Source of the DNA: Octopus bimaculoides
Taxonomy: Eukaryota
NCBI RefSeq assembly: GCF_001194135.2
Contig: NC_068982.1
Span: forward strand, 150,963,942-151,027,941
DNA: 64,000 bases
Reading direction: 5' to 3'
Shown: positions 38,301 to 52,129 of the stretch, piece by piece
Position numbering within the stretch: position 1 is the stretch's first letter
How the letters are laid out: the number at the start of each line of letters is the position of its first letter
Translations under genes and position numbers: made by a program
Notes under the pieces: generated by a model
What the model was told of the DNA's origin: nothing
Databases searched by the model: none
The model's input: only the letters and a program-made list of their open reading frames with translations

Positions 38301-38812
38301 CCTATTAGCTACACCCCTGGCTGATAGTATGAGTGGGGTGATGATGACAAGAATGAGGGATGGATGTCAACAAAAGTGGCTGAGAGGAGAGGAAGTGATG
38401 ACTGGCAGTATAGAAAGGATATGTGCAGCAGTTTAATCCAATAGCTAGAGAAGAAATGAAGAGATGAGAGTTAGGAACATGAAAGGTGAGGGTGGTGTGA
38501 GTGGGTGGGTAAATGTTGTAAGCATGTGTTGGGGGGAAAGTAAGAGATGGATTAAGATAGGGATGAATGTAGTAAGTAACAAAGTAAAGGGAAGGTCAAC
38601 AGCTGATGATAAGATGTATTTTTTCAGTGAGGTAGGCAAGAAATAACAGAAAATGTAACAAATAGGATCTATCTTGCAGCAATAATTATTGAAAGGAATA
38701 AACAAATGTTTCAAAATAAGCAACAGCTAACATCCTTATCTTTGATTTAATTTTTAAAAATATATATATATAAGATATATATAAATATAAATAAGATATA
38801 TATATATATATA

Positions 38813-39041
38813 CTTCTTTATTGCCCACAGGGGGCTAAACATAGAGGGGACAAACAAGGACAGACAAAGGGATTAAGTTGATTACATTGACCCCAGTGCG
38901 TAACTGGTACTTACTTAATCGACCCTGAAAGGATAAAAGCAAAGTTGACCTCGGAGGAATTTGAACTCACGATGTAATGGTAGATGAAATACCGCTAAGC
39001 TTTTCGCCCGGCGTGCTAACGTTTTTGCCAGCTCGCCACCT
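38813..39041 (-). mobile_element. SINE family A copy
   Basis: Reverse complement of the 10220 copy. Confidence 0.87.
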
Positions 39042-39801
39042 AAAATTTTTTTTTTGTCTTTGGTCAGTAAGTGTTATTTCCTATTTGCTTCTATCTAGAA
39101 ATCAAAGGCAATGCCTACTATTCCCTTCAAACTTTGCTATTGTAACCTGGACATCAACGTTATGAAACTGACTATTTTCCCATTTTAGACATATTCAGTG
39201 CTGAGTTGCTGAAGCAGAAATATTATAGCAAATATTCTGCTCAATACTTCAGATTTGCTTGTTAGTTGTTTGGCCTTAATCATTTGAGCATGTCTCTTAG
39301 TGGCTGACAATATGTGCATCTCTGATCATGAGCAGGAGTAGTAGGGGAACATCGTAGCCATGTGCTGAGAGGGATTCCTTGGGGTTTGAATAAATGTAAC
39401 AAAAGCAAAGTTTGAGGAAAATATTAGCCATTTTCATACTTTCTAGGACAAACAAATAAGAAATAACAGTTGTAACACAAGGACAAAAATTGTGTCACAC
39501 ACTGTAATATATATGTTGTAGGTTAGTAGGGATAAGATAATCCCTCAGGAAGCACTGATACAGATGGTGGATATCTGAAAATCACTAAAGGATGTCTGGT
39601 CTATGGAAACCAATGCTTCGAACAAACAGAAAATCTGTAAGTTTCACTTCCATGTAGAAATAACAAAAACAACAACAACAATATATATGCATATAAATAT
39701 ATATAAGTATATATGTATATACAAATAGGAAGTAACAGTTGTAACCCAAGAACAAAAATCGTATCACACACTGTAATATATATATATATATATATATATA
39801 T

Positions 39802-39969
39802 ATCATCATCATCATCATCATCATCGTTTAACGTCCGCTTTCCATGCTAGCATGGGTTGGACGATTTGACTGAGGACTGGTGAAACCGGATGGCAACACC
39901 AGGCTCCAGTCTAATTTGGCAGAGTTTCTACAGCTGGATGCCCTTCCTAACGCCAACCACTCAGAGAGT
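39802..39969 (-). mobile_element. Young RTE-type 3' tail flanked by (TA)n on both sides
   Basis: Direct reading of the sequence. Confidence 0.87.
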
Positions 39970-40054
39970 GTATATATATACATGCACACATGTATATGTA
40001 CATATATATATATACATATACATGCACACATGTATATATACATATATATATGTA

Positions 40055-40468
40055 TGCATGCATCTATTTACCTTTGTCACAACATCAATTATTCATTTCT
40101 TAATTTTGTCACGAATTGGCTGACTGAAAATTCTAAGTTTTATATTCTATCTACTATTAATATGCCATTCCTAACACCAGTGTTGCTGTGCTTTTTTTCA
40201 ACTCAGTACATCTATCACCTCTATTTCAGCACAGATCATAATCCCCTCTTAGTTCTGTAAACATGGTTTTCGTCTTCCGTCTTAAAAACAAACTTAAGTT
40301 CACACAAATACCCTTATCGTCACCTATTCATGCATCGATTTACCTTTGTCACATCGTCAATTATTCATTTCTCTAATTTTGTCACAGACTGGCTGACCGA
40401 AAATTCTAAGAGTTTTAAATTCTATCTACTATTAATATGCCATTCCTAACACTGGTATTGCTGTTTCG
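40055..40468 (+). repeat. ~140-bp direct duplication (40055-40190 and 40329-40468)
   Basis: Direct reading; scattered substitutions and small indels. Confidence 0.85.
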
Positions 40469-40657
40469 TGGTTCACTCGCTCTCCCAATCCCACCACCAG
40501 TACCGGAAATCCTATCCTCTCCCCACCACAATACCGGAAGTCCTTATTCTCTCACCCCCACCGAATACTGGTCCCCTATCCTTTGACAGCCTTCGGTTGT
40601 CTCCAATGAACTGGAAATGTGCAGAGAACAACTCCTGTCACATTCCAGGGAGAAAAT

Positions 40658-40880
40658 CTAGTGGCTAAGAGCGCAAGCTACTAATCCCAAGATTCCGAGT
40701 TCAATTCCAAGCAGTGGCCTGAACAATAATAATAATAAAAATACCTTAGGAATGAGAACCCAGGTTCGAAATTTCCTCAAGACACCTGAAGAAGGCAGGA
40801 GAGTATATCAGCCAAAACGTTGTGTTAACAACAAACAAGATGAGGACAAATATCTGTTGAATGTAAATAATGTACAATTG
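40658..40880 (+). mobile_element. tRNA-headed SINE-like element with a minimal hammerhead-like motif in its tail
   Basis: AGTGG.TAAGAGCGC..CTACTAA..GAGTTCAATTCC (A/B-box-like, 40660-40709), short (AAT)n, then ACAC-CTGAAGA-A-GGCAG..CAGCC-AAAAC-GTT-GTGT (40782-40825). Confidence 0.6.
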
Positions 40881-41272
40881 TTGTCTGGTGAGAATTGGGA
40901 TTGACTCTAAATGAGAAGTGAAGTTATTCTCATAAAACTAAGAATTCTGTAGAACTGGCAAGCAATTAAGGAAAGATAGCTGGTCACTTGTGTCCAGACA
41001 ATGAGACAGTCTCTTTCATCAATAATTAACCTCAACCATTTTCAATGAATTATGAATTCATCTGACTTGGCCCAATATTCCAATCTTTCTGTCTGTGTTA
41101 ATTTAGGACTTAAATGCTTCCCTAACAAATGAAAATTAGATAATTGGATACAAACAAAGGAAAGGATTACAATGCACATGAATAAAAATAGAAGTAAAAT
41201 GAAAGAATAGAGCTTTACCAGCAACAGCAGTATAATGCAGAAATTACTTCTTCACCACCAATTTACAAAACT

Positions 41273-42524
41273 TAACTAGGAAGATAGTATTGTGCGTGGC
41301 AGATGCACAGGGGCAGTAAATACCGAAGATGTGCAGAAAAGAGCTTCCATCACATGCCAGGGGGGAAAAACTAGAAGTAGTTGATAGCTTCCATTACCTA
41401 GGTGACCAAGTCAGTAGCAGGGGTGGATGCTCTGAGAGCATGGCTGTTAGGATAAAAATAGTCTGGGCAAAGTTCAGAGAGCTCCTACCTCTGCTGGTAA
41501 CAAAGGGCCTCTTGCTTAGAGAGAAAGGTAGACTGTATGATGTATGTATGTATGTGAACAGCCATGCTACACAGCAGTGAAATATGGGCTGTGACTGCTG
41601 AGTACATAGGCTTGAAAGAAATGAAGCTAGTATGCTTCACTGGATGTGTAATGTCAGTGTGCATACATGACAGAGTGTAAGTGCCCTGAGAGAAAAGTTG
41701 GNNNNNNNNNNATACATGACAGAGTGTAAGTGCCCTGAGAGAAAAGTTGGACATAAGAAGCATCAGATGTGGTGTGCAAGAGAGATGACTGTGCTGGTAT
41801 GGACATGTGCTGCATATGGATGAGGACAGCTGTGTGGAGAAGTGTCACACCCTAACAGTGGAGGGAACCTGTGGAAAGGTAGACCCAGGAAAATATGGGA
41901 TGAGGTAGTGAAGCATGACCTTCAAACGTTGAGCCTCACAGAGACTATGACAAGCGACCAAGACCTTCAGAGATATGCTGTGCTCGAGAAGACTCGGCAG
42001 GCCAAATGAGATCGTAGCCATGGCCAATGCATAACTGGCCTAAGTACCCTTCAGTCATTGGGCAACATGCTGTGCTTGAGAAGACCTGTTGAGTAAAGTG
42101 ACGTCATGGCCGATGCCAATGTTGCCTGACCGGCAACCATGCCAGTGGCATGTAAAAAGCACCATTTGAGTGTGGTCAATGCCAGTACTGCCTGACTGGC
42201 CCCTGTGTCGGTGGTATGTAAAACGTACCATCTGACCATGGTTGATGCCAGTGCTGCCTGACTGGCTCCCGTGCCGGTGGCATGTAAAAAGCACTATTCG
42301 AGTGTGGTTGATACCAGTGTTGCCTCACTGGCCTCTGTGCCGGTGGCACATAAAAAGCACCCACTACACTCCCGGAGTGGTTGGCGTTAGGAAAGGCATC
42401 CAGCTGTAGAGACCTTGCCAGATCAGATTGGAGCCTGGTAGAGCCACCTGGCTTGCCAGTACTCAATCAAACCATCCAACCCATGCCAGCATGGAAAGTA
42501 GATGTTAAACGATGATGATAATGA
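41273..42524 (+). mobile_element. RTE LINE 3' fragment
   Basis: GEKLEVVDSFHYLGDQVSS..KFRELLPLL, 3' UTR hairpin array and tail. Confidence 0.88.
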
Positions 42525-45000
42525 TTTTAAACAGCCTTTAAACTTTTTCATTATTTCTTGCATAGGACTGAACAACATTCTCATATATATTTTCTTTGAC
42601 CTTAGTTTAACATCAAAAGCAGTTTAACGATGAATTGTTGCCAACTTGTCTAACTCTTTCTAACCATGTTTCAACTGAAATACACTATATATATCTTTCA
42701 ACTAATTTTGAAAATTATCAAGAATACAGGAGAGTTTAGTTAAACAAATAATGTTTTATTCATTATTAAATTTGTATGTGCAACATAACTTGATAAAAAG
42801 TTTTGTTTTAAAATTATGATAAATTTTAAGTTAGATATGCACACCTTAAAATGAGAAGTTCTGTGTTACAGAATCAGATAAGGTCTCACTCAGGCAGATT
42901 GGTATTAAAAAGGTTAAATACAAGGTAACGTGTTTAATATATTCTTTATAAGTAGTGTCTTCAAATTATACTGTACATCACACCACTTTGTGCATCTTTA
43001 CTTTATTAATAAATTTTAAGTTAGGTTCAAAATTTAGGAACTTGCCATTTATGATTCCCCTAAGAACAATGCAGAATCAAAGTCAATGGCCATTTTGAAA
43101 GAATTCAGACTATAAGGACCAAAATACAAAAGTACTAATTAAATTTATGAAATAAGACAAAATTCATGTTCTGAGGGAGATGAATTCTGACAGGACTCAA
43201 TGAATTTTGCTACTTTTTTTGCCAATGCAAATGTTCACCAATTTCCTTGTAATCTAGTTTTTATTTGTGCATGACTGAACAATCCCTATTTCCATACAAT
43301 ATAGGAATTAATTAATAATTATAATTGGTCATTGGCTGAATTTATATTTGAAAGTGTACTTGCCAGGTAAGTGATTTGATTTGAGAAGTTTACAAACTAA
43401 AACGACTGCAGCAGGGAAGACACACATTAACCATTTAAGAACACACAAAGACTGTTAACGTCACTTAAATGATTATTATTTGGTGTCAAAATTTTCATTG
43501 CACCATCTGCAACACCAAATGATAAATGTTTAAGTGAGGTTAACAGTCTTTGTGTGTTTTTAAATGGGTAAGATGTGTCTTCCATGCTGCAATTATCTCT
43601 TATATTTATTTCAACAACAGATATCACATAACTATTACGAGTGCTATCATTTGATATTTAAAAATAAACATGAAATATTATATCTAATTGTTGATATGTA
43701 TAATTTGACATAAGTAGTTTTGGGTTTAGATTTTTAAAAAAAATTCTTCTTAAGCAAATATTATAACAGAAGGCAAACATACTCTGATACAGAGGGTATG
43801 CAAACAGTATACTGAAAACTTTCCAGACTGCAACTTTCTGACAACATTTTAGCAAAAAGTTTTCTTTAGTATAAGAAGAGGTTAACAACAAACTATTACA
43901 TATATGCCATTCATGTCACTAAACAATACATATTCAGTCAATTTCCTGATATATATAGATATCACAGCTAGCAGTCAATCATTCCTTAAAATAAACAGCA
44001 TAGCTCGTTTCACCTCACACATACACACATTAACAAACACGATGCTCTCTATTCAAAAGTTGCAGCCCTTGGCAAGCTGAAGATCAAGAGAGTAGGTGTC
44101 TTCATCATTGAAGTGAAATAGCTATGGGCCAGTTCCTAACATATAAAGAAATACTTTTTTGTTTGATGGAACAAAAGAAAATCTTTTTGCTGAATGTGAA
44201 TTTCTTACACAAAGTCTCAGGTTTCCTCTAACACTATCATCATAACAATAACAACAACAATAAAAACAAGATTCATTTAAATCAGATTTGACATGTTGGC
44301 ATTGCTGAAACAAATCATCATCATCATCATCATTGCTTTAACATCTACTTTTCCATGCTTGAAAGGATTAGATGAAAGTATGTTGGGGCAGAGTTTTCTA
44401 TGGTCAGATGCCCTTTCTATTGCCAACTCCTAATTGTTTCAAAGTGAGGTAATAGTCTCCCAGTCTGTTAATAACAAACAACCAGACATGTTCATGAGGA
44501 GAACTGGAAACAAATGTCACCATCAGTGAATGAACACATGTAGATGAGGCAAGTACAATTCACACTAACACATACACAAATATAAGAAACTTGACCAAAG
44601 TGTCATGCAGTAAGACTGAACATAAAACCACATGGTTAGTAAATAGTTTTAATTACACAGCTATGCCTGCACCACCACCCATGGAAAGTATTCCTACATG
44701 GTTGTTTGACTAGCTAAAAGTAGTAGCCAAATCTTCCTAAACCACAGTTGGCTGTAGTTTAAGAGCGATTTATCTTCTATCTTTTACTTGTTTCAGTCAT
44801 TTGACTGTGGTCATGCTGGGGCACCACCTTGAAGGGTTTTAGTCAAACAAATCGACCCCAGAACTTATTTTTTAAAAAACCTGGTACTTATTCTATTAGT
44901 CTCTTTTTGCCAAACCACTCAGGTACAGGGACGTAAACAGACCAACATCAGTTGTCAAGCAGTGGTGGGGGACAAACACATAGATATATACATATATATA

Positions 45001-45103
45001 GATTGGAGCCTGGTGTTGCCATCGGGTTACACCAGTCCTCAGTCAAATCGTCCAACCCATGCTAGCATGGAAAGCGGACGTTAAACGATGATGATGATGA
45101 TGA
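45001..45103 (+). mobile_element. Young RTE-type 3' tail flanked by (TA)n
   Basis: Direct reading of the sequence. Confidence 0.85.
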
Positions 45104-46065
45104 TATATATATATATATATACATATATATATTTATATATATATATATAAATATAATTAAGGGATCAGCAAATATTTGCTTCACCATATACCGATTCAAC
45201 TTCCAGGTTTCCCTAACATGTTGCATCATAAATGTCTTACACACATTTCAAACAGTATGCCCTTAAGCAGGGAAGGAGAAATCTTTTGTTATCAAGTGAG
45301 GCATCAGTTTAGTAAATGTCTGCTATCAGCTATTGTATTTTCACTACAGCACCTACAGCACTAAGATAACTAATACCGAATATAATGAGCCAGAAAACAA
45401 GCTAGAATGGTCTTACTGATAAATTTGACACGTTGAAATATCTCTCATAGCATGTGCAAATGAAATGCTACTGGAGAATGAAAGAAGCTACAATTCTGCA
45501 CAAAGTGATGTCCAAAATGAGTAGAAAACTAAGTGTTTTACAAAGTCTTCCAAATACTAATACAAACACCACAAAAACATTTATAATTAATCCTGAATAA
45601 TACATGAAATCACAGGCAAAGTAACACTGACAGCAACAGCAATGATAAAAACAGGATGTATTGTTATCTCACCCCACAATATCATGTTTTGTATAGAATA
45701 TATATAAAATTACACATATAAAAATAATTTTTGTAAATACCATCCAAAAATCTAAAATCCTTTTGCAATACAGTCCCAACAACATTGAAAACACCTTTAT
45801 TCATAAAAATATTCATCATTAATCACAACATTCATACACTTCACTCTTTTACTTGTTTCAGTCATTTGACTGTGGCCATGCTGGAGCACCGCCTTTAGTC
45901 GAGCAAATCGACCCCAGGACTTATTCTTTGTAAGCCTAGTACTTATATTCTATCAGTCTCTTTTGCCGAACTGCTAAGTTACAGGGACGTAAACACACCA
46001 GCATCGGTTGTCAAGTGATGTTGGGGGGACGAACACAGACACACAAACATATACACACACATACA

Positions 46066-46983
46066 TCATCATCATCATCATCGTTTAACGTCCGCTTTCC
46101 ATGCTAGCATGGGTTGGACGATTTGACTGAGGACTGGTGAAACCGGATGGCAACACCAGNNNNNNNNNNNNNNNNNNNNNNNNNNNNNNNNNNNNNNNNN
46201 NNNNNNNNNNNNNNNNNNNNNNNNNNNNNNNNNNNNNNNNNNNNNNNNNNNNNNNNNNNNNNNNNNNNNNNNNNNNNNNNNNNNNNNNNNNNNNNNNNNN
46301 NNNNNNNNNNNNNNNNNNNNNNNNNNNNNNNNNNNNNNNNNNNNNNNNNNNNNNNNNNNNNNNNNNNNNNNNNNNNNNNNNNNNNNNNNNNNNNNNNNNN
46401 NNNNNNNNNNNNNNNNNNNNNNNNNNNNNNNNNNNNNNNNNNNNNNNNNNNNNNNNNNNNNNNNNNNNNNNNNNNNNNNNNNNNNNNNNNNNNNNNNNNN
46501 NNNNNNNNNNNNNNNNNNNNNNNNNNNNNNNNNNNNNNNNNNNNNNNNNNNNNNNNNNNNNNNNNNNNNNNNNNNNNNNNNNNNNNNNNNNNNNNNNNNN
46601 NNNNNNNNNNNNNNNNNNNNNNNNNNNNNNNNNNNNNNNNNNNNNNNNNNNNNNNNNNNNNNNNNNNNNNNNNNNNNNNNNNNNNNNNNNNNNNNNNNNN
46701 NNNNNNNNNNNNNNNNNNNNNNNNNNNNNNNNNNNNNNNNNNNNNNNNNNNNNNNNNNNNNNNNNNNNNNNNNNNNNNNNNNNNNNNNNNNNNNNNNNNN
46801 NNNNNNNCATGTAGCATGGCTGTTCGTACGCATGCGTCATACAGTCTGCCTTTTACTCTGAGTGAGAGTCCCTTTGTCGCCAGCAGGGGTAAGAGCTCTC
46901 TAAACTTTGCCCAGGCTATTCTTATTCTAGCAGCTACACTTTCAGCGCACCCACCCCCACTACTAACTTGGTCGCCCAGATAG
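46066..46983 (-). mobile_element. Young RTE 3' fragment spanning an N gap
   Basis: Tail at 46066-46159 and C-terminal coding piece at 46809-46983 in the same orientation, with CpGs retained. Joining them across the gap is inferred. Confidence 0.7.
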
Positions 46984-47929
46984 CGGACATATATATATAT
47001 ATATACGGCAGACTTCTTTCAGTTTCCGTCTACCAAATCCACTCACAAAGCTTTAGTCAGCCCAAGGCTATAGTAGAAGACACTTGCTCAAGGTGCCATG
47101 TAGTGGGAATGAACCTAGAACCATGTGGCTGGTAAGCAAGCTACTTACCACACAGCCACTCCTGCGCCATGAAGAAATTATTCTGATAACATTCGTACTT
47201 TACTGAAACACTGAAAACCAACTCTTCCAAATCAAACCAAAAGTGGACAAGATGACCTTTTTGTAAAAAGGCTGGTTTTACACATAAAACTTGCATTCAC
47301 AATAGAAATATCAAAACTGGTGTTCATAAACTAATAGCGAATAATACTAATAATAGTAAATACTACTACACAAGAAATCGCTGCTTTCAAAATAACAAAA
47401 CTAATAACAGGAAGTACATTAGTATGATATACATTCATCATCACCATTTTAAAGTCCACTTTTTTTATGCTTGCATAGGTCAGATGGAATTCACTGAACT
47501 GGATGTTCTTTCTGTTGCAAACCTTTGTCTGTTTCTAAGCAATATAATATTTCCCCATGGCCAGACATATTTCATGGGAGACAAGAAATGAATGACACCA
47601 TTTGTATGATAGTTAGGCTTGTTTATAACTATTGCGTAGTGTCAAGATGAGAGGACATACACATACATAGAAATATGATGGGCTTTTTTTTATTTAGTTC
47701 CCATCCACCAAATCTACTCACAAGGCATTGGGTGGTCCAGGACTATAACAGAAGGCACTTAACCATGTGGCTGGGAAGCAAACTTTTCTAATACATAGCC
47801 ATACCTGACTCTATAAACATCACACACACACACATTAGATTCTCTCATCGTGAATGACAAATGAGGGTTCAGTAAAATAAAGCAGTATATTTATATATAT
47901 ACATGTGTGTGGTGTGTGTGCATATATAT

Positions 47930-47961
<32 letters not shown>

Positions 47962-49639
47962 CTCTTTACTCTCTTTTTATTTGTTTCTGTCATTTGACTG
48001 TGGCCATGCTGGAGCACCATCTTTAGTCGAGCGAACCGACCCCAGGACTTATTCTTTGGAAGCCTAGTACTTATTCTATCGNNNNNNNNNNNNNNNNNNN
48101 NNNNNNNNNNNNNNNNNNNNNNNNNNNNNNNNNNNNNNNNNNNNNNNNNNNNNNNNNNNNNNNNNNNNNNNNNNNNNNNNNNNNNNNNNNNNNNNNNNNN
48201 NNNNNNNNNNNNNNNNNNNNNNNNNNNNNNNNNNNNNNNNNNNNNNNNNNNNNNNNNNNNNNNNNNNNNNNNNNNNNNNNNNNNNNNNNNNNNNNNNNNN
48301 NNNNNNNNNNNNNNNNNNNNNNNNNNNNNNNNNNNNNNNNNNNNNNNNNNNNNNNNNNNNNNNNNNNNNNNNNNNNNNNNNNNNNNNNNNNNNNNNNNNN
48401 NNNNNNNNNNNNNNNNNNNNNNNNNNNNNNNNNNNNNNNNNNNNNNNNNNNNNNNNNNNNNNNNNNNNNNNNNNNNNNNNNNNNNNNNNNNNNNNNNNNN
48501 NNNNNNNNNNNNNNNNNNNNNNNNNNNNNNNNNNNNNNNNNNNNNNNNNNNNNNNNNNNNNNNNNNNNNATATATCATCATCATCATCATCATTTAACAT
48601 CCATTTTCCATGTTGGCATGGGTTACATAATTTGACTGGAGCTAGTAAGGCTAGGAGCTGCACTAGGCTCCAAAAGTAAGCTTAAATTTATACAATCCAT
48701 GGTGTGTGTTGATTGTTAAAAGGTGGGTGCATACTTCCTCTATCTGTAGATAGGCCTCTGAGAGGGCTAACTTTGAGAAAATTTTTCCTCTATTTAATCT
48801 TGAGAACACTTCTTCTGGGCTTAATCTAGTTTAAAAGTCTGCACAGGCTCTTACTTTATCATTTTTTTCTTTATATAAACTGTTGGTGTTGCCCAGTCTG
48901 AATGGTTGACATTTTCAATTATATCTAAACTTTCTAGTCTTTCCAGCTTTTTACTGATGTGGTCTAATGCCATAAATGGCACGTTCCATTTGGGCCTAAA
49001 AACAGGTGTTGCCCTTTTTTTTTTTACCATGATCCTCACTTTTGTTTTAGTGCAACAGCCTAATCCTTCCAAAAAAACATTTGGAAACAATTTTGTTTTT
49101 CTCAGTTGTTTGACTGAGGATGTAAACAAACCAACATCAATTTTCAAGTGGTGAGGGGACAAACACAACGTAAAGACACACATGTGATGGTGTTACACAT
49201 AGTTTTTGTTTACCAAATTCACTAGCAAGGCATTGGTTGACCTAGGGCTATAGTAGAAGACACTTGTAAGAAAAACATGAATTTATTTTGTATTTCTTTT
49301 TGCATGATTATACAGCCTTAACAATTGAAACCAGTATCATCTTTTGATAAAAACATACAACACAATATGTAAAATAGTTGATATTAGGACGGGCATCCAG
49401 CTGTAGAAACCATGCCAAAGCAGACATTGAAGCTATACACAGTCCTCTGGCTCATCGGTCTCCTATTGAACCATCCAGCCCAGACTAGTATGGAAAAGGG
49501 ATGTTAAATGACGATGATGATAATCACTCATATTCGTATTTGAGTGATTTTCACTTGGAGTGAATGGAAAATTGTATGATTCTTGTGTACAGAGCTTAAA
49601 GCTGCATACTAGTTAGAAATGTGCCTTAATCACAGAGAA

Positions 49640-49990
49640 TTTGCAAACACCAGAAAGTAATGAAGTGATCATGCTCTGTTGGATATCTAATATCCATGCA
49701 TAAAGAAGGAGTAAAAATAAGCTGAGAATAAAACTGAACATAAGAGGAATCAGATGTAGCATGCAAGACAGAAGACTGTATAGGTACGGGCAAACATTAC
49801 ATATGAAGAGGGCAGTTGTATAGAGAAGTACTGTACACTCAAAGTGAGTGGAACCTGTGGAAGAAGGGAGACTGAAGAGGACTAGGAATTAAGTAGTGAA
49901 GATACATATGAAGTTGTATCTCACAGAGAAGATGAATATTTGATTGGTGACATACTATGCAAGAGAATACCCACCTGCTGATGCAGGTAT
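49640..49990 (+). mobile_element. Highly decayed RTE C-terminal fragment
   Basis: Patchy similarity to 35520-35880. Confidence 0.5.
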
Positions 49991-50149
49991 ACCAAAACAG
50001 ATATTGAAATTGAGCATATGTATATATTTATATGTACATGTTTACATGTGTATGTATCTGTGTGAATATGTGTGTATGTGTGTGTGTATGCCAGTATGGA
50101 AAATGGACATTAAATGATGATATATACATGGTCACTCCCACCAACTACA

Positions 50150-51700
50150 GTACTTTAACAATCTCATAAACATCATCATTGGCAGTGGCTTCTATGCACC
50201 AACACCTCCTGGTTTTCAAATAGTAACAGATAACAAGAGATGATGTAATATCCTCACCACCAGATTCCTTTTACATCTTAAGCATTCCACACCAACACAC
50301 TCACATACATCATCAAGTCGACTTAAATCAACTCTTCCTCAGATACCATCTTCTGCTCTTCACACCAAGCTATCACAACCACTTGGTAAACAATTGCTCA
50401 ACTGTCTTCAGACCACCTACCAATTATCATCTTTACTAATTTGCACATTAATTAAAAAAAAAGCAAAAACACCTTTACAAACTTCAAAAAAGAACAATAG
50501 AATGAGTTCCACCAAGAAACAGAATCAATGTTTTCAGGATTCCATAACACCACGATTACAAACAGAGACACAGCTGCACATACTTTCAGCAAAATAATTA
50601 TAGATGTATCTAAAAAACATATCTCAGAAGGCAACATAAAAATATATGATCCCAATTACATTCCAGAAATAGCTAGCATCATAAAAAACAGAGACAAACT
50701 CAAATACAATATACCAAAGCTACATGTAACCAAAATAAACTCAGCATTAAACCAACTAAAGAAAAGGAAATAGCAAATAAAGAAATCAGAGGAAAACAGA
50801 AAATATTAAATATTTGAGTCCACAAAATTAGCAGTCAAACTTTATGTAGAGTAATTAGCAGTAACACTACCTCTAACAGTGACCACACCACACTCTGCCA
50901 CACTAACAGTCTCAAATAATATACTCACTCTGCAATGCTAAACAAACACCAGACATTTCTCAAAATTAAAGCTAAAACCAGACGAAAGAGATAGAACATG
51001 AATTGAAAAATATGCACTTCCACATAGATATTGATTTTGACCTCTTCCTTTCATTAGACATCCAACAAGCGGTAGGGAAATCTAAAAACTTAAACACCTC
51101 AGAACCAGACAAAAGTCACAAACATGCACCTGAAACACCAAGAACCCGAAGAAATCACTACACTCACCAATATCTATAACAACTCATCCAATACCAGAGG
51201 GTGGAAACAGGGCAAGATTATTACTAGCAACACTAGAGAACACTAAATACAATCATCTCTCACATTCAACAACATACCACATATAAAACACTACAAGTTA
51301 CATACCCTTTCTACTTACTACATTCATAATACATGTAGAAAACAAAATAATGCACCATCATAGTTAGAGCAATCACAGACACCATACTTATTTTAAAAAA
51401 ATAATGAAATATTGGTGGACAAACAATATATGAGACTTATCATAGATTATCAGTTCTATCAAAGGACCCAGTCCTTATGTAATAAAACAACATTTACAAA
51501 GAAAACAAAACAATACATGATGCATCATAACAAACTGTACACAAACAATATCTATGGACTACCAGATAATGAGACGAAAATGTTCCAAATGAGAACCCAT
51601 CTGAGAAGATGGATTTGTAGGTCATGGCTCATTATTCAACCAACTACCTGCAACTGTTCAATCTAGGCTGACCTGGGACTATATATAACAAGACCAGCAG
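50150..51700 (+). mobile_element. Heavily decayed APE-type LINE (Jockey/I-like; endonuclease end, linker, RT start)
   Basis: A/C-rich strand; FSKIIIDVSKKHISEG linker (50528-50773), IPEGWKQGKIIT (~51190) and SDHL-like remnant (~50340). Confidence 0.5.
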
Positions 51701-52098
51701 AAGCATTAGTTACATTTCAAACTATTAACTACATATAGGAAACTGTCAGGGAAGTTAATGGACTTCACTTCATAGGTACTTCTACTGCTAGCTTTAGTGT
51801 TGTATCTATCATGTCAGAGGTTGGATTCATTGTCACCTTGTCAAACAAGATTCTACACCATCTCTGTCTACCCATTGTGTAGACTGAATACACATTGTAA
51901 AGTTGTAATCAACTCTCTTCTCAGATACCAATAAAGTCACTTCTTGAATGATACTGGAATGCTTTATTCCCTGCATCAGTAGTTGATTTTTGAACTTCAG
52001 AATGTTTTCAGTGTTGGAACATTTTCTGCAACTGTTCACTATGATCTACCTTGAGAATCACATCATCAACAGATAAATATTTTGAAGAATGATCAATC

Positions 52099-52129
<31 letters not shown>

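Larger units (their letters stand above)
44590..49268 (-). mobile_element. Cluster of SINE family B pieces (about 44590-44670, 44784-44985, 45846-46050, 47005-47170, 47670-47810, 47962-48081, 49105-49268)
   Basis: Repeated ACTTGTTTCAGTCATTTGACTG.. tails and CTTCTTTCAGTTTCCGTCTACC.. heads, all on minus; interspersed with other repeats. Confidence 0.8.

Noticed and set aside
40658-40715. Functional tRNA gene
   Set aside because: No acceptor stem or complete cloverleaf; it is a tRNA-derived SINE head.
42105-42365. CRISPR-like look of the palindromic repeat array
   Set aside because: The 'spacers' are homologous to each other, the array is part of a LINE 3' UTR, and the context is eukaryotic with no cas genes.
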